The notes beneath the pieces were generated by a model. That model was given only the letters and a program-made list of their open reading frames with translations, had not been told where the DNA came from and made no database searches. Of a stretch of DNA of 32,703 nucleotides, positions 22,925-32,703 are shown piece after piece (position 1 is the stretch's first letter; each line of letters begins with the position of its first letter). Position numbers and translations under genes: made by a program. Source of the DNA: Sphaeroforma arctica JP610. Taxonomy: Eukaryota. The stretch lies in NCBI RefSeq assembly GCF_001186125.1, contig NW_014040484.1, positions 63,057-95,759 on the forward strand, given 5' to 3'.

Positions 22925-24860
22925 GCGCGACTATTCATCACTAGTGAAAGAGTTGTATCGAGAAGCGGATTCGATTGCATAGACAATTTGTGCAGAACCC
23001 CAGTAAGCTACTTACGAACAACAACAAACAAGAGACAGTTGGCGGTGCCAATGTGTTTTTGTAGTCAAGACAGTCAGTATATTAGGCGTCAAAGTCGCCG
23101 TACAAGGGCTCAAAAAAGACACAGAGAAACAAAAACGCATGAATGACTGGCCACTACAAAGCACTAACAGGAACTTGCACCGAGCGGATTAAAACTCTAA
23201 CATCGTTTCATTCATTGGTTGTCAAAGTGAGTTTTTGCCCAAGACAGAAGAAAATGTACTTAAAATGCGTTCGCGCGAGGTAGCACGATAAGTGTGTTTA
23301 AAAAAGAGCCGTGTGAGGCATTGACGACCGACATGGTAGTGGACATTACCTTTCGGGGCTTGACATCGTATGGTAAATAGCCATGTGAGGCATTGATGAC
23401 CGACATGGGAGTGGACATTACCTTTCGGGGCTTGACATCGTATGGTAAATGCGCCTAAAAAGTATGAAAGAGTTGATATGACAAGCGGATTCGATTGCAT
23501 AGACGATTTGTGCATAACCCCATCAAGCTACTTACAAATAACAACAAATGTGCATTTGTAGTCCAGACAGTCAATATATTAGGCATCAGAGTCGCCATAC
23601 AAGGGCTAAAAAAAGACACAGAGAAACAAAAACGCATGAATGACTGGCCACTACAAAGCACTATCGGGAAATTACACCGAGCGGATTAAAACTCTAACAT
23701 CGTTTCATTCATTGGTTGTCGAAGTGAGTTTCTGCCAAGATAGAAGAATATGTACTTAAAATGCGTTTGCGCGAGGTAGCCCGATAAGTGTGTTAAAAAA
23801 GGAGCCGTGTGAGGCATTGACGACCGACGTGGGAGTGGACACTACCTTTCGGGGCTTGACATCGTATGGTAAATGCGCCTAAAAAATATGGAAGAGTCTA
23901 GCAGACCGAAAATAGACATTAGTATGGCGCAATATTTAAAATAATAAATGCGCGCAGCATACGACCGCAAATACCAACAGAAGTGCATACAATTCTAGGA
24001 AGGGGACATTGTAATTGCTCGCTACAAGATTAAATGAATAAAATGCCAAGCTAAAATGAATAAAAGAGAAAGCAAGGAGTGCGATGGGTATTTTATCTGT
24101 AACCTTGATGAGACTAGAGTCCCAGAATATCCTAAATTGGTCAGTGATTAACAAATCGGACTCATAAAAAGGCTAAAGCACAGGAAGTATTCATCCCCAA
24201 CCGCCAAATACTAACAACTGAAGAGACACAATTCCCATTCGTATTAAACCATCTAAGCCATTCAACCGAGATGATGGGTATCAAGAGTACATACTACAAC
24301 GGACAGATAGATAACGCACCTGGACACGCGGGACAGACATAGGAGATGTTTATATTTTTACACTTTACCGACAACACATACGACACAAACGAAGCCAAAC
24401 CAGGCCGCAAAAGCCAACAGCAACAAGCACGAATGAACGATCAGCGAACAATAAAAGCGCACAGGGCGGAGGACAACCCAGTTTCACTATCACAAAACAA
24501 ATTCCACGTCTGATTTACCTTGTAGCATGCTCTGACCACAAACCAGAGTGATAAGGACCAAAGTCTCGACATAACAATCACTGTTGAGAAGTATTCTCTC
24601 GAACACGTTTTTCATCATAACCCCCTTTTCCTTGTCTTAAAATACTAAACACAAGAAACCAAAGTACCATAAGATATCACTTCCCACCACTACACATGCT
24701 CAGAAGTGCAAAAAAATTTAAGGCCACAAAATATCAAATACTGAGTTTTGGGTCCGGATCCAACATTTCTGATAAGAGTCATCATAATATAGCGGTATAA
24801 CCTGTAGACGATACCTGCACCCCGCGTGTGGGAGAAACACTCGAGTAGAATTTGTCTATT
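22925..24860 (+). mobile_element. Heavily deleted relic related to family A (RT-thumb fragment, integrase tail and chromodomain, 3' UTR, partial LTR)
   Basis: KCAFVVQTVNILGIRV...DTEKQKRMNDWP (23495..23689) matches 11749..11958. 23925-24715 is colinear with 13795-14700. 24725-24860 resembles the family-A LTR. Confidence 0.75.
22945..23896 (+). repeat. Two-copy tandem block (~520-bp period) with an internal ~72-bp duplication
   Basis: TGAAAGAGTTG...AAGCGGATTCGATTGCATAGAC at 22945 and 23465. GTGAGGCATTGA.GACCGAC...TTGACATCGTATGGTAAAT occurs three times (~23312, ~23385, ~23808). Confidence 0.85.
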
Positions 24861-24957
24861 GAATAAAAATAAAACATTAAAAAGACAATGCAAATCCCGC
24901 TAAAAGATACGCACTTGAGTTGCACATTGTTTTCTTTGATCAATCTTTTCAGCAACT

Positions 24958-25266
24958 TGTAGCATCTAGGGATCAGATTATCAAAGAGCCAATCCGAATC
25001 CCAAAACCCAGAATACTGAAATATTGAGGTTTGTAATTAGGAATGAACATTTCTGATTTCAGAGTCATCAGAAAAATCGGCGGTAGAACCGGTAGGCTAT
25101 ACCGGGACTCCGCGTGAGAGAGAAACATTAAAGTAAATCCTGAGTCTAGTGAAAACACAAAAAAAAGAATCAGTTCGGTTCTCTCAGACTAGGGACTTTT
25201 CCTAGCTGAGAAGAGGTCTATTGTATCTTTTGTCTCGTACCTTTCAGCTACTCTCCATACTCTACA
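24958..25266 (+). mobile_element. Solo LTR of family A with 4-bp TSD AACT
   Basis: TGTAGCATCTAGGGATCAG...CTCCATACTCTACA, flanked by AACT at 24954-24957 and 25267-25270. Confidence 0.9.
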
Positions 25267-27026
25267 AACTCTCAAATTAAACACGTACACAAACTACCAC
25301 TGATATCGTGGGTCCAAAGAATGAAGTTTTGTTTGTAAAGCTATATGCTAATTTAATGTTGATATCGTCAAGATGCATGGCAAATAAAGCGCCGCGTGTG
25401 GCTTTTCTGGAATCTATCATTTAAATAACTTCCCCAGTGGTGTCTTTGGAATATATGTATCTTCTCGTACTGCTCGTTTTAATACTGGTCGATGTAACGA
25501 CTGCTAGTATAGCAGCGTGAGCTAAACCTGATCCAGCGGATATGTAATCCGGAGGGATTGTATTGCTGTCCATATGGCAAAATAACGTACTTTCATCCGG
25601 TAGGAACGTAAAATTAGAATTCTCTCATATTTTTGCATACAGCCCAAGGCAATTTGAGAGCAAATATAAACCTTTTTCTGTCGATTTGTTTCTAACAAAA
25701 TATGGACTTAGCTTTCCCAATAATACTCTCCAGTACAAAATCGCCGTATTGTTCAAATATGCCACACACTGATTCGCTTTTTTGTACGGTACCAGCAACA
25801 GTTGTATTTCTAATTCTCTGGATGCACTTAAGTAACCCGCTAGAAGTAGCGGTAGCTTTTTAATGTATTTCTGCGAAGGTGACTGAGTCTACAACGCTCT
25901 TTCTAGTCATGTTCTATATTTTTTATCCATTTAAATTTGGATAAAGTTATGTCTAGCTATCATTAGCTTGGATAGTGACAAGGTAAAAATAGTGTAGGTG
26001 GCAACCCGTACAAGACATAAACGATTATCGTATGTGAGTTGAATACGCTGTGTACTATTGAAGCTAATGCTATCTCGGTATTCATCCAGCGATATAATGA
26101 AATCAGCGTCACTCTGATCGATCATCTACAAGCCACTGTTTGTGTAATTTTGGTAAGAAATGAAGAAGACTGTCAAGACTTCTGATTGTATCCTTTGCAA
26201 TATCTGCATTTGTTCCTATTTTTTTTTCTCGCTCTTCTCCTCAGCATTTATGGCACACTTACGTGCGCTCCGTGACAACTTCGGTTTATGATATTCGCTT
26301 CCGGCCTGAATTCAGTGAAGTGTCAAGTTCAAACGTTCCTATGTATAGAATGAGTAGCTTATCTCGCGATAACGGCTAACGGCTTAAGTAACATTTAGGT
26401 GCTGCACCCATTGCTATAGTTACACAGCTTGTATCACTGACATTTTGTTAAAGGCTTCCTCGGCTAGTAAGTTGGGTAAAAATTGTTTGTGCAGATACGA
26501 TGGCCTCTCTTTTTCAAACAGTAATTAGCAGCTTCTTTAAATGTCTGTCAGCGGGCTCGATATCACGGAAACATGCCTCTATCCACTTCGATTGCATCAG
26601 GTTGCTTTTATCCATCTTACTCATCGGTCGTGGTTTTGTATATGTCTTTTTTGTTTCTGGTTTTGGGTATGCGGCACATAGAGATCGGAGTGCCATCAAC
26701 TATATCTCCTGTTCTGTTTTTGTATGTAGCAATTGCGCAAGCCTCCATCATCTTCCTTCTACTCATTCACAGTTCAATTCAAACGTCTAGCTCACATTAT
26801 ATACATACTTCAATAGTTTAGGGTATATGATATGAGGTTAACAACATAAATTACCTAAAAGAACCTGGTTATTATTATAGAATATTATGGCGACGTAAGA
26901 GCGCGCCAGAAATAGTAAGTTCACTCCCAAAGCGTAGACTCCAAAAAAACTGCCTCAACGTGGTCCAGCTTTATTATTTTTTTTTGTAGTTTGTATATAT
27001 AAAAGAATCTTTCTCACCAGATTTAG

Positions 27027-27097
27027 ATCCAACTGGTGTAGTGGTAACATAGATGATTTCCATTCACCTGCCATGGGTTCGATTCCCGTGTTGGAGA
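27027..27097 (+). tRNA. tRNA-Gly(TCC), 71 nt, with atypical pairs
   Basis: A box TGGTGTAGTGG, D stem GTGT/ACAT, anticodon loop TT-TCC-AT, T arm ATGGG-TTCGATT-CCCGT, acceptor TCCAAC/GTTGGA, and a downstream T6 Pol III terminator. Confidence 0.82.
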
Positions 27098-27739
27098 ATT
27101 TTTTAACAAAATTTCATTGTCATGCTTTCACACACTATTATGTATAGATAAATTTATATAAATAGAAAAGTTTGAGGTAAATACAAGGTATTCTGGTCAG
27201 AATAGTAAAAGGCGGCATATAAATAGATCGATTATATTCAGCCACACACCTTGAGCGGCAGTTATATCAAAGAAAAAAAAAAACACGAAAAGCAATCCAT
27301 TGCGAATAATTACAGTATTATAAACTTATAGGTAAAAACGCTGTCCTGCTAGTTACTTAGTTTGTGCCTACAATAAAGGCAGCTTCAAGACGGTGATGAA
27401 CATTAAAGAAGAAACACCATGAGATGGGTAGCAACGCATATCGCTGATAGAATTTGATTGAAATATATTCCTCGAGATTATTGATAGCAGAGGATAAAAT
27501 CTCCACCTGCGATGCGAGTCAGGCAGAAAACTGCCGACCTGACATGAATAGGACACCAGTAGACGACGTAGCTGTAATATACCAGCGGGTTGATATCGGC
27601 AGTACAAGGCTATCCACATTCACAGTTTGCAGTTGACGTGCATAGGAAGAGGTTTTTAGGGTTTGGGGTTTAAGTGATATGAACACAGGCACGTAGCCGG
27701 TAACCACTCACGCAAGAGACACATACGACCTCGCAAAAT

Positions 27740-31734
<3,995 letters not shown>

Positions 31735-32300
31735 AGTACCAATTTCCAGACGATCACCGAGTTGGACAAACAAACTAAACTTCTATGAAAGGAAATATAT
31801 ATCGATGCGCGGTAGACTTTAGGCTGTACAAACTGTTAAATTTAGAAACAATCGATCTGTAACAAAGAATTACGAGACAAACAGTACAAAGAATATATAC
31901 CGAACGATTCAGTATAGCAGAAATAACGACTTGTAACACAAACTCAATAGCCTAAGACATGGAATGAATAGCCTAAAACATATCTATGTATTTACACACG
32001 TAAATACATATTTACTGATTTTCATGTGTTATCAGTTACGAGTTAAAGTAAAATTGTACCGCACTTTAATTCGCGGTTCAAGCCTCCAAGACTAGGGTTC
32101 TTAGGTTTTCTTGTTTTTATCTTAGTAGGCTATGTGTGCGTTTGGCTATTCATAAACATTTACATAGCGCCGTCACACAGCCTTCTAAATCAAACAGTCA
32201 GCCGTTGAGCACCATCACACATAACATTTTAAAAAGACAGCCTTGTGCCACGACGTTTCATTCAAATTTCTGCCTTATCCACAGTATTAGGTAACCACTA

Positions 32301-32465
32301 TTACTAGCTAGCTGGATATAGTGATTTTAAGACTAGAGTGGTCAAGTGCCTAACTGCTAGTATTAGCTAGCTGGATAAAGTGATTTTAAGGCTAGAATGG
32401 TCAAGTGTCTGACCGCTGTTACTAGCTAGCTGGATATAGTGATTTTAAGACCAGAATGGTCAAGT
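32301..32465. repeat. Minisatellite, 59-bp unit x~3
   Basis: TAGCTAGCTGGATA.AGTGATTTTAAG..[TC]AGA.TGGTCAAGT at 32305, 32364 and 32423. Confidence 0.9.
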
Positions 32466-32703
32466 AGCAATTGGGCGTCGAGACTTACAGTGAGAATTTC
32501 GTGGCCTGACTGGCTACGCCATCCCCGCGCCTCATGCATCGTTTGAGACCAGAATTATACAAAAAGCCCCAGGGAGGTCATGCATCTGTCTTCGTATATT
32601 TATTACGATATGTATCTCTCATATAATCAAATCCTTGTGCATAAGTATTGATCACACAGAAGTACCAGAAATTATTAGCTATATATATATTTATATATAT
32701 ACC

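Noticed and set aside
25330..26780. Possible decayed LINE endonuclease or other ORF on the - strand (DFIISLDE, NFYVP-like pieces)
   Set aside because: The motifs are fragmentary, in different frames, and too weak to call without a profile search.
32301..32465. CRISPR-like appearance of the 59-bp repeat
   Set aside because: The units are contiguous homologous repeats without unique spacers, in a eukaryotic context with no cas genes.

Overview
Eukaryotic, intron-containing genomic DNA with three 20-N assembly gaps; the organism cannot be determined from the sequence. About the first 25 kb is nested, decayed retroelements. (1) Family A, a full-length Ty3/Gypsy chromovirus-type LTR retrotransposon at 5787-14995 (+), with a 4-bp TATG target-site duplication. 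(2) Family B, a different Ty3/Gypsy element at ~17305-22920 (-), whose RT core is deleted. (3) A deleted family-A relic, a family-A solo LTR, extra family-B LTRs, and fragments of a probable LINE. The right end carries a tRNA-Gly(TCC) gene and a six-exon PRPF38B-like splicing-factor gene on the - strand (367 aa reconstructed). Main finding: both Gypsy families carry a phage Dam-like DNA N6-adenine methyltransferase domain (D[LM]F...N, then NAWANPPW, then WF) inside pol, between RNase H and a DDE integrase. I know this domain from DIRS tyrosine-recombinase retrotransposons, not as a standard part of Ty3/Gypsy pol. Both families also lack a tRNA primer-binding site and show a Tf1-like self-priming signature. 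All retroelement ORFs here are broken by stops or frameshifts, and the domain calls rest on motifs read by eye, not on database searches.
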